Origin: a virus
Taxonomy: Duplodnaviria > Caudoviricetes
IMG/VR virus record: IMGVR_UViG_3300027823_000007
Location: 1-62,595 of that record
Reading direction: 5' to 3' (one strand)
Length of the DNA stretch: 62,595 bases
Part shown: piece by piece, positions 50,666 to 61,044 of the stretch
Layout: every line of letters starts with the position of its first letter
Position numbering within the stretch: the stretch's first letter is position 1
Notes under the pieces: model-generated
What the model was told of the DNA's origin: nothing
Seen by the model: only the letters and a program-made list of their open reading frames with translations
Database searches by the model: none
Program-made: the position numbers and the translations under genes

Positions 50666-51709
50666 TTACCAGGCTCGGACAGCAACTGAGACTTTACCTT
50701 GATTGCGATGTAAAGCAGCCGACGTCAAGCTGGCGCGAATTTTGTCTATTTCCTTACCGCGTTCTGCACTAATAATTTCAATCATTTTGTTATCGCCGCT
50801 AGACTCTCCAAAATGGTTATTATAGGCAACTACAGCCTGTAAAACACCGTAGTAAGTACCTTTGATGCGAGCTTGCCCTAAATCGATCCCGACCTCTTCA
50901 AAAGTGCGATCAGCCTCTCCATTGTAGATATCCCAAAGTAATTGCACCTTGCGCGGTTGTCTGTCGATCGGCTGATTGAGTTTAGCTTCATGCCCAAAAG
51001 TGTGTATAAACATGGTATAAACGCGATCGGCTGCTATCTGGGTATTGAGTAATAGATCTCGCTCAGCCTTGTATAACTTAATGGATTCTCGCACCTGTTC
51101 AAAAGTGAAGTTTTCAAAGGCTGCATTAGTCTGGTGTGTACTTCTCAGGCTAGTTGATTGCCGATCAACCATGCCATTTAGACAACAATTGCGAACTAAT
51201 AACATCTTACAAGAATATCCGCACCCATAGCTAGTTCCCGAGCTTAAGAGAATATTAGGGGTGATGCCTTCATATTTGTCAATTCCTAACTCGGTCGCAA
51301 GTTCACCGGGTGATATGGTTGCCCATAAGAAGCTCTGTTGAGTCACGGCGGTGGTTTCTCTTTTTAGCCAACCAACACGCGACACGTTGCCTCCAAAACT
51401 TTCGGCAACCCCGATCGCCCGGTTTAGAAAACTGTAGTTTGAGAGCGGTTCCCAATTTTTCTCAGGCACGATCGAGAGCGGTGTTTGAGTACCATCCGGA
51501 TCGATTTTAACCGATTGTTTCCAGGGTGTTCGAGTGCCGTCGGCTGTCCTGATTTCCTGTAAAGCGACGTGCCAGTTTAATCCAGATTTTACTAACATAT
51601 CGTCAGCATCCATACACTGTGAAACATCGACCCCCTTTTTACCCCAGCTAACTAATTGCTTAGCTAAAGCCTTGCTATTAGTAATGCCTGTTTCTGTTTG
51701 AATTGCCAT
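50666..51709 (-). CDS. DUF932-family phage/plasmid protein
   Basis: SGLNWHV, WEPLSN, VRNCCLNG, H, GTYYGVLQAVVAYNNH. Confidence 0.75.
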   Translation of the reverse strand: MAIQTETGITNSKALAKQLVSWGKKGVDVSQCMDADDMLVKSGLNWHVALQEIRTADGTRTPWKQSVKIDPDGTQTPLSIVPEKNWEPLSNYSFLNRAIGVAESFGGNVSRVGWLKRETTAVTQQSFLWATISPGELATELGIDKYEGITPNILLSSGTSYGCGYSCKMLLVRNCCLNGMVDRQSTSLRSTHQTNAAFENFTFEQVRESIKLYKAERDLLLNTQIAADRVYTMFIHTFGHEAKLNQPIDRQPRKVQLLWDIYNGEADRTFEEVGIDLGQARIKGTYYGVLQAVVAYNNHFGESSGDNKMIEIISAERGKEIDKIRASLTSAALHRNQGKVSVAVRAW

Positions 51710-51854
51710 GCTGTTCTACTGCTAATGTTGCTTAATATAGTATACCATAAATTCTGAGGTTGTCCGGTTATTTACAAAGATTAATCTTTTAGGCGATCGA
51801 ATACAAGAAAACCGAGCGATCGCGCGCCCGGTTCTCATTGTTGGGAATTACCAG

Positions 51855-53972
51855 TTATAGACCGAGGGAATCCAAAATAGCAGCACCCTGAGCGTGTTGT
51901 AATTTTTTAAAACCGTCCGGTTGACGTTTGGCATCAACACTCAGGAAAAAAGTATCCCCGATTTTTTGGATTTCATACAAGCTCCCCTCATGGTTGGCGG
52001 TTAGATCACCTTGCGAGGTTTCCTCCCAGTCAAGTGCGACCGATTTAGCAAGCGCTGCTTTTTTGTTATAGCAGATTACGCCATACTTACCACAACTGGT
52101 TTCAAATCGATCATAATTCTCTCCAAAATAAACAATGAGATAAGCGCGCTTTGCTTCATTCCAGTTATTGGCTGTGACATTCTTAAAACGTGCGTTACTT
52201 TTCAGATAGGCTGACGGCTCAAAACCGAATCCCTCAGTAGCTTCTAAAGCATTCTCGCGACTAACTACTACCCATGCCATCGGGATCGATTTGAAATAGG
52301 TTGCCAGACGCGGGTAGAATATAGCGTTAGCTTCTACTACGAAAGCAGCCTCGCGGATCTCCATTGACTCGATTCGCTTAAATAACTCAGTAGCGCTAGA
52401 AACTAAACCCTCTACGGCTGGTAATGAAGTAGCAACCTTTAACCCTTCCCCGCCATCATGAGCCCCGCCGCCCCATTCTTTCAAGTCGAACGGTCTTTCT
52501 GTTGCCAGAATGTACCGATCAGCTTTAAGGTTTTGTCCTCTTTCAGCGAATGGATCAACGTCCGCCACGCCACCGATCGCCTCTAGTAAACTATCTGCCG
52601 TTTTTTGGTTTAGCAGCCAGCACCCGTCCTCACCGTAGCCAGCCTTTCTCATTTCTTTGTTATATTCTTTCTGGGAATCCTCACCATCTGCCACGGGTAC
52701 AGTCACGGGTACAGTCACGGCGGTCACGGCGGTTACTGCGTTATCAGTTGCCTCCGAGTCGTTTAAGCGATTCCAGTCGGGGCAATCGCCATCTTCACCT
52801 TCTTCAGTATTATCGTCAGTTTGTGGGTTCTCTAATTGCGCTTTGAGCAGACTTAATTTTTGTTTGTCGCCGTCTTGTTTGGCTTCGATTAATTTTGTCC
52901 GTATTTCTGGTGTTGACTCCATCAATACCCGTGAAATCTCGGTTAGTGTTTCCCCCGTGTAATGCCGACGGATATCTGCTGTGTCAAGGTGGATGCCCTC
53001 ATATACTTGATCTAAATTCACTGGTTCCGCATTCTTGATCCGTGCCATTTTAGAGAGCTTTTGCCCTAACTGTGCGATCGCTTCTTGGGGTGCTAATGTG
53101 TTGCCATCTTTAGTCTGTGTTACTTGCTGCAATTTCATTAAATCGTAGGCGATCGTTTCATTGCTTTTAGCAATCTCGCTTAAATTGTTAGCAAAAGCTG
53201 ATTCGGGATTTTTGTCAACATATTTTTTGACCGCGGCCATTGCGTCAAAAGTTCCGCCACCTCCGAAACCCTCGCGGATGTAAGTCTCTCGAACGATCGT
53301 CCAGTAACGTCTGTCGGATTCGTCAGCTCCCGATCGGACGATCGCTTCATTAAACTTATCTTGTCCGGTTTTTTCGCGTTGCGTGTTTCCTCCCAAAATA
53401 ACTTCTATGTCGTTAGTACCATCAGTGACTACAGCATGGACTTGTTGCTGTATCCCGGTCGCTTTCTCAATATTCTTAAGCGTCTCTAGTCGAGTGTTGC
53501 CAGAAAGTGTCCAACCGTGCGGGTTAACTACAACTCGGAATAAGTCAGTCCGGTTGCCTTGAACATCAAAAGAGTCAGAGAGAGTGCTAGTGTTACTATC
53601 AGTGTAAATCAAGTCAGATAGCGGGTGCTTAGCTAATAGGCTTGGTCTTATACTAGCCATTGATCCTCTTAAAACCCCGGTGAGCTGGTAGTACAAGCTG
53701 ATAAGTAAAGCCTCAGCAGATGCCAGATCCTTGCACTCCCATCCGCTAAAGAAAATATTATTTTTGACTTTTAAAACTGGGTAGCAAGTGCCTGACGCTA
53801 GCAAGTTGTACTCGAAAGTGTAGTCCCCCGTGCTGAAAACTTCTAGCGAGTCTGCTTTAACAGCAACATCTACCACCGACTTAGCCTCATTTCCCGATTC
53901 ATTTTCTAAAACAGCAATAGATGCTGCTTCTATTTGAGTGTCGATTTTTGCTTGCTTGCTTTTACGTGCCAT
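51855..53972 (-). CDS. ParB/Srx N-terminal domain fused to a degenerate phage N6-adenine MTase-like domain
   Basis: LAKHPLS..IY, LSGNTRL, GNTQR (ParB-N); W.L...IGG..DVDPFA...A..Y...W...IVYFG...F...YG (phage Dam-like), with SLPA where NPPY is expected. Confidence 0.65.
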   Translation of the reverse strand: MARKSKQAKIDTQIEAASIAVLENESGNEAKSVVDVAVKADSLEVFSTGDYTFEYNLLASGTCYPVLKVKNNIFFSGWECKDLASAEALLISLYYQLTGVLRGSMASIRPSLLAKHPLSDLIYTDSNTSTLSDSFDVQGNRTDLFRVVVNPHGWTLSGNTRLETLKNIEKATGIQQQVHAVVTDGTNDIEVILGGNTQREKTGQDKFNEAIVRSGADESDRRYWTIVRETYIREGFGGGGTFDAMAAVKKYVDKNPESAFANNLSEIAKSNETIAYDLMKLQQVTQTKDGNTLAPQEAIAQLGQKLSKMARIKNAEPVNLDQVYEGIHLDTADIRRHYTGETLTEISRVLMESTPEIRTKLIEAKQDGDKQKLSLLKAQLENPQTDDNTEEGEDGDCPDWNRLNDSEATDNAVTAVTAVTVPVTVPVADGEDSQKEYNKEMRKAGYGEDGCWLLNQKTADSLLEAIGGVADVDPFAERGQNLKADRYILATERPFDLKEWGGGAHDGGEGLKVATSLPAVEGLVSSATELFKRIESMEIREAAFVVEANAIFYPRLATYFKSIPMAWVVVSRENALEATEGFGFEPSAYLKSNARFKNVTANNWNEAKRAYLIVYFGENYDRFETSCGKYGVICYNKKAALAKSVALDWEETSQGDLTANHEGSLYEIQKIGDTFFLSVDAKRQPDGFKKLQHAQGAAILDSLGL

Positions 53973-54089
53973 TTTAGTTAATCCTTGTGAATTCCCATTA
54001 TTGGGAATCGGTGTATGCTGTTTTCGTGCTCTTAACCTACCATACCACAGTTAAATCCTTAATCCGTGAATTTAACGTGATATAATATA

Positions 54090-54932
54090 TTACGATAAGA
54101 TGTTGTGGTATATAAGCTCTGAGCTTATGAATCGACTTTTATCGATTCCTCCTACACAGTAAGTATAGGGGAATGTGTCATAAACAAAACCCGCCCCGCC
54201 ATAAAGTGCGCGGGTTCTTGGTGTATCAAGGTCGGAGCCTATGACGATCGCCCCGCGCTTGCCGATTTTAGCTGCAAGTGCAACCATAGCAACTCGATCG
54301 CTTTCACAAAACCCGCCGACCCCGTAATCGCTGGCAATTTCCCGATCGGCAGAGTATGGCGGATCGAGGTAAACAACATCGCCCCGCACTGCGTTCTTAA
54401 TTATAGTGTAATCAGTCGCAATGATAGCAGCGCTTGCGAGTTTTGCTGCATGACCGTCTAACTCAGGCAAGTAGAATCGATCTCCTAACGGCGTGTTTAT
54501 CTTTCCGTCGCGGTTTGATCGCCATGTTCCATTGAAACAAGCCTTGATTAAATAGATAAAACGCGCCGCCGCGATCGGGCCTGTACCTCTGTCTGTATTG
54601 TAGTCATCCCTCATACTGTAGTAATGACCTGAATAGCAGTCTTTTTGTCTGCAATGACCTCGATCGTGTTGCGCTTTGTGCCATATCAATAATTCACTCA
54701 TCCGGATCGGATCTTCCCTCACACACTGCCAAGCATTGATTAAGCACTCATTTTTGTCGCTAAGTATTAGATCCTTACACCGTGTAGAAATATTAAGCGC
54801 GACCGCCCCGCCACCTAAAAAAGGTTCATAATAAGCATTAATCTTTTCCGGAAATAGTGGCAATAATTGGGGCAATAATTTAATTTTGCCACCTTGCCAA
54901 CTGAGAAAACTTTTGATATACTTTGTCTGCAT
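54090..54932 (-). CDS. dam: Dam-family DNA adenine methyltransferase
   Basis: WQGGK, YYEPFLGGGAV, CFNG.WR.N..G..N.P.G, VYLDPPY. Confidence 0.92.
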   Translation of the reverse strand: MQTKYIKSFLSWQGGKIKLLPQLLPLFPEKINAYYEPFLGGGAVALNISTRCKDLILSDKNECLINAWQCVREDPIRMSELLIWHKAQHDRGHCRQKDCYSGHYYSMRDDYNTDRGTGPIAAARFIYLIKACFNGTWRSNRDGKINTPLGDRFYLPELDGHAAKLASAAIIATDYTIIKNAVRGDVVYLDPPYSADREIASDYGVGGFCESDRVAMVALAAKIGKRGAIVIGSDLDTPRTRALYGGAGFVYDTFPYTYCVGGIDKSRFISSELIYHNILS

Positions 54933-55126
54933 TTTTTGGGAAACCTGTAACAGCCTAAACGAACTTACGATACTATAACATAAAAACCGGAAAATTCCCA
55001 ACACTGGGAAAAGACCGGCTAGACACATTTCACAGTGTCTAGCCGGTGTCTATACGCAAGTTCAGCCTATTGTCAGGATTGCCAGTATTATAACCTTAAA
55101 GGCTTGTGCTAAACAAGTTTGAGGGT

Positions 55127-55220
55127 ATGTGTCTATATGTGTCTAAATGAGTGTCTAGCCACGAAAAATAAGCGCTGTAGGGGATGTGTCTATATGTGTC
55201 TAAATGAGTGTCTAGCCACG
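55127..55220 (+). repeat. 37-bp direct repeat at 57-bp period made of phased GTGTCTA motifs
   Basis: ATGTGTCTATATGTGTCTAAATGAGTGTCTAGCCACG at 55127 and 55184. Confidence 0.9.
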
Positions 55221-55568
55221 TGACTTCCCGACATGGATCGGGACTGTTACCGGATCGGATAGGGAATCTCGAACGGGTAGCCAGTGTTGGCAGCGATCGC
55301 ACCAATAGGCATCCGAGCCACCTGGTAGCCCGCCAGCATGATTTCTAGGATCTCCGCACTGCCAGCAAGTGCCGTACTTGTGTTTTGATTGTCGAGGATA
55401 AAAAGAATCCGTGGATTCTGGCAAGCTGAAAATAATCGGTTCGTTTCTCCTTTCGATCGCACGTTTGGCGGCGCGATCGGCGTTGTCTTGGAGTGTTAAA
55501 GCCTTTTCTAGCGGCCCCGGTTCTGATGGTTTTTTGGATGGTTTTTTGGATGTTCTTCTGGTTGCCAT
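55212..55568 (-). CDS. Zn-ribbon hypothetical protein
   Basis: CWQC...CDRC. Confidence 0.55.
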   Translation of the reverse strand: MATRRTSKKPSKKPSEPGPLEKALTLQDNADRAAKRAIERRNEPIIFSLPESTDSFYPRQSKHKYGTCWQCGDPRNHAGGLPGGSDAYWCDRCQHWLPVRDSLSDPVTVPIHVGKSRG

Positions 55569-55656
55569 TTTGGTACTGGGTAAAGGTTTTAAATGGCGAT
55601 CGCAAGTGTCGATATAGTGCATTATACTCGCGATCGGGTTGCAAACCGGATATTTT

Positions 55657-55959
55657 TTAAGTTATTTCAATTGCGATCCGTCCGTCTTTGCTAACCTCAG
55701 ATCTAAAGCCTAACCATTTGTATCTTTGCTGCAATTCCAGGTCTCCAGACTCGATAATTAAAGAATCTAAAGCCCATTCTACATCGTGTAAGAGTTTAGG
55801 ATTATTCCCACAATATTTAGTGATAATTGCCTTGTAACTCTCTGTTTTGTTTGCCTTCAAATCTGCCATTGCTTCCCTCGGAGTCGGCATGAATTCCGGT
55901 TTCCAGTAGGAGAAATCCCGATCGATCCATTCTGAATTATTTTGTGTGTTGCCAGTCAT
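55657..55959 (-). CDS. Hypothetical protein
   Basis: ORF with GAGG RBS and own promoter. Confidence 0.5.
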   Translation of the reverse strand: MTGNTQNNSEWIDRDFSYWKPEFMPTPREAMADLKANKTESYKAIITKYCGNNPKLLHDVEWALDSLIIESGDLELQQRYKWLGFRSEVSKDGRIAIEIT

Positions 55960-56036
55960 TCTTGAGCCTCTTTTTTCTGTTTTGCTAGTATGCTTTATAG
56001 TATAACACACTAGCGTGTACAAGCGTATCTGGGAAA

Positions 56037-57869
56037 TTAATTAAGCAAATCAAACTTAGTTATTAACTCATTGTCGCCGGATTCAAGTATGAACCTGACA
56101 ATAATAGGCTTAGCTATTTTGTAGCGATCGCCACTGGTAATTTTTAAGTCGCGTTTGATGAAATTAGACATCAAGCTTTGAGTTATTTTGGCAAGTCTTA
56201 AGACTAATTTCCGATCGGGAATCCAGTCTGGTAACAAGGTATCATCCGGCGTATCATCCGGCGTATCAGACGGCGTATCAGACGGATCCACGCCATCCCA
56301 GCCATCGGATGCGGGTTTGTCTGAAGGTATAATACCATGTAGATCCACGCCACGGCGCGCTATCTCTTGGTTGAATTCTGCCATATAGTCATCTTCATTG
56401 TTTGGCTGGTTCCTATCAATAACTGCGACATTTGTAGGCTTCTGATAGTAGGGAGCGAGTGCTAATACAGGCTTACCAACAGCAGAGAATATAGCAGGCA
56501 ATTGATGGAGTCTTGAGAGTTTGACCAATTCCTCAAGTTCAGTATTCAGCCGATCGCGATCTAACTTCGATGCCACTATATAACTATTGTTAATCAGTAG
56601 CTGCAAGCTCTCATAATTACCTTGCTCAACTAGATCGCCGTTTACGTCTATTTTCTCGGTTACTAAGCCTTGGCAGCTTATGGCTAAGTTGCCTCGAATA
56701 TTGCTATCTTGAATGCCCAAAGCGTCTAAATTAAAGCTCTGTGTCGCTATGTAGATACAAACGTTAGCCTCGCGTCCTTTAGTGATAATCGCTGCGATTT
56801 TTGTCTTGACGATATTCCATAACGCCGGATATAATCTTAGGACTCCAAAACTTGCAAACCAGTCATCAAGAATTAATCGAATAGGCAATTTTTCAAACTT
56901 TGTACGATCGCTCTCTGGGGTATTTAGTCTCCGCTTCATCTCAGAATAAACTTTATCCAGATAGGCCATTGATGGTTCTGGATTGAGATCGTCAAAAATC
57001 GTGACTCTACCTTGCTCTAGTAAACCCAAAAAAGAATCTCTTTTGTGGGCAATAACATAGACTTCAGCCTGCGGATACAGTGTCTGTAAGTCGCCTAACC
57101 AGCGGTACAGGGTGTGGGTTTTGCCGCCACCTGTAGGTGCTGCCGACAGAATAGACATCCGTAGCGCTGCGAGCGATCGCATAATTTTGTCGCCGTTATC
57201 TTGATAGAATTTTTTGCGATCGTCGGGAACTTCACCCCCAGTTATTCCGTCTTCTTTTAGTCGAGCCTTAGCACCCGCGGCAGCCGAGTCTATCTCCGCT
57301 TGATATTGTTCCGGTGTCTTCATGCCTGCAAAGGCAGTATTTTGCAGTATAGGTGCTGTTGGAGCGATCGCTGGTTTGGGTTCCGGTTCTGGCGCAAACC
57401 AGCCGTTAGCCGCGCGGATATCGTCTACCTCTTCTACTAAGCTATCCTCAAATAGAGCCATCTGAGCCTCACCTCGCTTTTGCAGTTTCGCCCGCTGCAA
57501 ACTCAAGTTATAGCTGGCTTGAATGTCTGCTTGGGCATCAACCTCGCGGCAGTTTCGTTCATATTCGATCCTTTCTCTTTCTAGTTCCGATCGCCGCTCT
57601 GCTGATAATGTGACCCCCGTTACACCCGCGGCCGCACCTATGGCCCAAACTAATAACCGTAAACCGCCCCAACCCTGACTCACTTTAGCGTCTTTGATTT
57701 TTTGATATTTTGGATCTTTCTGTTGCCAGACCGGGATATCTATCGGCCTGTTTTCGATCGTACCCGTGATCCGAGTCTCAGGCTGAATCATAGCACCCCA
57801 TAAACCGAGTACCAATGCTAATCCATAAAATCCGCTTGTCATTAATGTTGCTTTTTGATTCCGGCTCAT
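56037..57869 (-). CDS. Membrane-anchored FtsK/HerA/coupling-protein-like P-loop ATPase
   Basis: Two N-terminal TM segments; APTGGGKT; EMKRR; LILDD; KGRE.NV.I.IATQ. Confidence 0.8.
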   Translation of the reverse strand: MSRNQKATLMTSGFYGLALVLGLWGAMIQPETRITGTIENRPIDIPVWQQKDPKYQKIKDAKVSQGWGGLRLLVWAIGAAAGVTGVTLSAERRSELERERIEYERNCREVDAQADIQASYNLSLQRAKLQKRGEAQMALFEDSLVEEVDDIRAANGWFAPEPEPKPAIAPTAPILQNTAFAGMKTPEQYQAEIDSAAAGAKARLKEDGITGGEVPDDRKKFYQDNGDKIMRSLAALRMSILSAAPTGGGKTHTLYRWLGDLQTLYPQAEVYVIAHKRDSFLGLLEQGRVTIFDDLNPEPSMAYLDKVYSEMKRRLNTPESDRTKFEKLPIRLILDDWFASFGVLRLYPALWNIVKTKIAAIITKGREANVCIYIATQSFNLDALGIQDSNIRGNLAISCQGLVTEKIDVNGDLVEQGNYESLQLLINNSYIVASKLDRDRLNTELEELVKLSRLHQLPAIFSAVGKPVLALAPYYQKPTNVAVIDRNQPNNEDDYMAEFNQEIARRGVDLHGIIPSDKPASDGWDGVDPSDTPSDTPDDTPDDTLLPDWIPDRKLVLRLAKITQSLMSNFIKRDLKITSGDRYKIAKPIIVRFILESGDNELITKFDLLN

Positions 57870-57929
57870 GATATTCTCCTTAATTTCTGTTTTTTACTTT
57901 ATTCCCAACACTGGGATTAACCGTGTAAT

Positions 57930-58442
57930 TTAGTCTGGAATTTTGCCAAGCGCGATCGCCTCTGAGATATGTAGATAGTCCCATCCGGCGTTATCTGCCG
58001 CGCCATCGTCTTCTGTACTGTCTCCTATCATCCACGGGCGATCGGCGTCGTTTAAAACTAGCTTTTCCTCTAAGTACATCAGCATCCCCGCATCCGGTTT
58101 TCGGGCTTTAATTCCGATCGGGCCCCTGACTTTCTGTTCACCCCTTCGATCGATATACCAAAAATAAGATGTGTAATAGTTGTCTGCCATGCAAACCGCT
58201 GTTATCTGTGGGAATAGTTGCAGCGTGTAGCGTTGCTCAATTATGCCGTTTTGTAATGTCTTGTGCCCCCTTTCTATCCCCCCTTGGTTGGTCGCGATAT
58301 AAATAGATGCACCCTGACGTTTGATGCTTGCAACTAGCTCGATCGAGCCTTCAGTAGGTTTCTGATCTAGCGGATCATTTATGAATGTTTCCCCACTTTT
58401 AGTTTGTATTAGTGTGTTGTCAGCATCAAATGCTACTAGCAT
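57930..58442 (-). CDS. HAD IIIA phosphatase (polynucleotide 3'-phosphatase/GmhB-like)
   Basis: FDADNTL, ATNQGGI, RKPDAGML, MIGDS..D..AA. Confidence 0.85.
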   Translation of the reverse strand: MLVAFDADNTLIQTKSGETFINDPLDQKPTEGSIELVASIKRQGASIYIATNQGGIERGHKTLQNGIIEQRYTLQLFPQITAVCMADNYYTSYFWYIDRRGEQKVRGPIGIKARKPDAGMLMYLEEKLVLNDADRPWMIGDSTEDDGAADNAGWDYLHISEAIALGKIPD

Positions 58443-58446
58443 TTAT

Positions 58447-58995
58447 TTATTCTCCTTTAATTCCTTTTGATGCAATTATCAAACCCAAAACACTCACGAC
58501 CGAGGTTGTGAAAACTATCGAAGTAGTAGATAATACCCGCCAGTTATCCCGTGCCCAATCAAGCCCCGCGTCAGACATTGAAACAGTTAAACCCGCGGCT
58601 ATTGCTATCAGCATCACAAACACTCTTAATTTGTATTCCGATCTGTTTAGCTCACGCCAGCAACACACCATAAGTATTAAAGCACTTGCTACCACGCTTA
58701 ACGCAACACCCGTAGCTAACAAGCCTGCACCAAACACCCTTATTAAGCAAATAGCCGTCCCCGTCCCTAACAGTGTTGAAATAGTAAACCCTATTTCAAC
58801 AAATACGATCCATTGTGAGTCCATGCGATCGTACAAACTTAGCTTTCTTTTCCTTACAGTTTCCTCCGATTTCTTGCGATTATTGGAGTAAGTAAACTCA
58901 CGCTGTAACTGTTCGTAATCTTCTATTGCTTGCACTTCGATCGGATCGTCTACCTCTGCATTGCCTTGATATTGATATTGATCTACTTCAAACAT
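58447..58995 (-). CDS. Multi-pass membrane protein
   Basis: About 4 hydrophobic segments. Confidence 0.7.
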   Translation of the reverse strand: MFEVDQYQYQGNAEVDDPIEVQAIEDYEQLQREFTYSNNRKKSEETVRKRKLSLYDRMDSQWIVFVEIGFTISTLLGTGTAICLIRVFGAGLLATGVALSVVASALILMVCCWRELNRSEYKLRVFVMLIAIAAGLTVSMSDAGLDWARDNWRVLSTTSIVFTTSVVSVLGLIIASKGIKGE

Positions 58996-59005
58996 TAGTT
59001 AACTC

Positions 59006-59713
59006 CTATTTCCCAAAACTAAATAGCTTGTCAAGTAGTGCTACCTGAGTAGTGCCTACGTAAGCACTACCAGAACTCGATCCAATTGCGTTAACTTGAT
59101 CCATCGGTTTGCCACTTGTAAAAGCTTTCAAACGCGCTCTAGCCTCCGCATCCCGTTGCGCTTGACCATTATCTTTCTTTCTCCCGAATTGCGCGATCGA
59201 AGCCTCAGCTTTTTCGTGACTATCTGAAATCCGTTGATCGGTCTTGGCTTTCCACACCCGCACTCTGTCTGCAAATTCCACGCTAACAGCGCGAATTTCT
59301 TCATCAGTGACTTTTGTCAAAAAGCCCAATTCTTGAGCTTTCCGCGCTGTCCATTCTCTGAAGTGTTCTTCATAGGCTGCCTTAGCTAATAGCGAGGCCA
59401 ACACATACTCATCGATCTCTTTCTCGGTCTTGAAATGCAATTTTTCGATATTGGATCGAATTTCTTCTATTTCCTTGCGGGCACTCTCTAACTCCTTAAC
59501 AGCCTCAAACCATTCGTTCGCCCATTCTACCTGTAGTTTTGCGTTGTCTTTCTTAATGTTTAAAGCTCGCACCTTAGCGGGTGTCAGATTGCCTACGTCA
59601 GCATATTGGCTATTGGTGACAGGTACTTTAAAAGCTAACCCGGTCGCATAACTATCCTCACCATCTAAACCCGCTATCTTTGAGCTTTTGCCTGTCGATT
59701 TTGACTTAGCCAT
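59006..59713 (-). CDS. Coiled-coil hypothetical protein
   Basis: Charged helical ORF in the ATPase cluster. Confidence 0.65.
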   Translation of the reverse strand: MAKSKSTGKSSKIAGLDGEDSYATGLAFKVPVTNSQYADVGNLTPAKVRALNIKKDNAKLQVEWANEWFEAVKELESARKEIEEIRSNIEKLHFKTEKEIDEYVLASLLAKAAYEEHFREWTARKAQELGFLTKVTDEEIRAVSVEFADRVRVWKAKTDQRISDSHEKAEASIAQFGRKKDNGQAQRDAEARARLKAFTSGKPMDQVNAIGSSSGSAYVGTTQVALLDKLFSFGK

Positions 59714-59920
59714 CTTACAAATAACCCATTACTTCAAAAAAACTAAAACTGTTTGGTGATGCTATATTGCTTAGATTGTCGGGCGGTAGATGCTTTAAAA
59801 ACCCGTTAATTGTGCGCTTGAGCCATTGCATAGTCGATCGCTCCCTATCTGTTGTTAGTTGGTTTTCTAGTGCTCTTATGCGAGCACTAAGTCTCTCTAG
59901 TTGCTCCCGATCGCGGCTGC

Positions 59921-60391
59921 TTAGTGTCTTGACAAAAAATCGGCTGCACTCATTCCCGTATATTGACTGCCAGGTAAAACGTCAACAATAAACTCGGTCA
60001 ACTTAGCATCAAAAGCATTACTGTAGGCGGTCGCGGCGACATCGGCTGCTAAATTACCAAGCAGATCCCATTGTTGTGCTGTCTGAGTTAGAACCCGATT
60101 GATGTCCGCGTCACGGCTGGCAGTGCTAGCAGCGCCTCTTCTGCTTTTTTTTGCCGTAGCCGATTTGACTCCCTCATTTACACTGACTTCGATATTCCCA
60201 ACACTGGGATTAACCTCACTACCTGAGAGTGCTTTGATGTCTTGTCGCAATATACCCGCGGCTGCCATCGACTCGACTAACTGGTGTTCCTCATCTACTG
60301 TTAGGTTGTTGATATCAAATCCTAACTTTTGAGCGTGCCCCGCTCTCAGTATGTTGTATTGTTGTGCAGATAGTGACTGGTTCTTAGACAT
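59921..60391 (-). CDS. Hypothetical protein
   Basis: 156-aa ORF with AAGGA RBS. Confidence 0.6.
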   Translation of the reverse strand: MSKNQSLSAQQYNILRAGHAQKLGFDINNLTVDEEHQLVESMAAAGILRQDIKALSGSEVNPSVGNIEVSVNEGVKSATAKKSRRGAASTASRDADINRVLTQTAQQWDLLGNLAADVAATAYSNAFDAKLTEFIVDVLPGSQYTGMSAADFLSRH

Positions 60392-60403
60392 GACAAGTAT
60401 CCT

Positions 60404-60778
60404 TTAGTGTGTGTGTGCTGTGCTGTATTTCTTGTGTAGCTTGTAAAATGCAAGCTCATTAGCCTGTATTGTTTGGGCGATCGTGTCGTTTGGATGCGCT
60501 TGCTTTCTGAGTTCTGAAACTAGGAACAAACATTGCACCTGATAATCGTCTAGCGGTGGATGTTTCTTTCTTTTGTCCTCTGATTGCATTACTAGAAACT
60601 GCCAGATATTGAAACTATGGGGAAGAGTTAACAAATTTGAATGAACCTCAAACTCCCATTTGTAGATAGTCTCGATCGATACTCTGAGATGTCTTTGGAG
60701 CGATCGGCGCGTCCAATTTTGCGGTTTTGTGTTTCTCTGGGGGATCACGTCCCCCGTCTCCATAAGAACTAACCTCAT
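60404..60778 (-). CDS. HTH/MerR-like protein
   Basis: WTRRSLQRHLRVSIETIYKWE; PPLDDYQ. Confidence 0.6.
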   Translation of the reverse strand: MRLVLMETGDVIPQRNTKPQNWTRRSLQRHLRVSIETIYKWEFEVHSNLLTLPHSFNIWQFLVMQSEDKRKKHPPLDDYQVQCLFLVSELRKQAHPNDTIAQTIQANELAFYKLHKKYSTAHTH

Positions 60779-61044
60779 TTTTGTCCGTCTAACTCTGTAT
60801 TACTTGGTTTCTAAAGCCCCCGTTTGATGTGGCTAATCTTAGCCCGTCGCCGTATCGCTCTATGTCTTTTAATATGACATACTACCCAGCTAACTGTCAA
60901 GGGGTAAATCAAAAATAATTCAAATTGGCTGCAACCCTGACTCTACCGTGGTGCAATTATGACGCAAGGTTGCATCATTAATGCCTGGTGTCTGTGATAC
61001 TATAATAGATGTCCGCGCCAATACCTATCAATAGAGGAGCCAGA

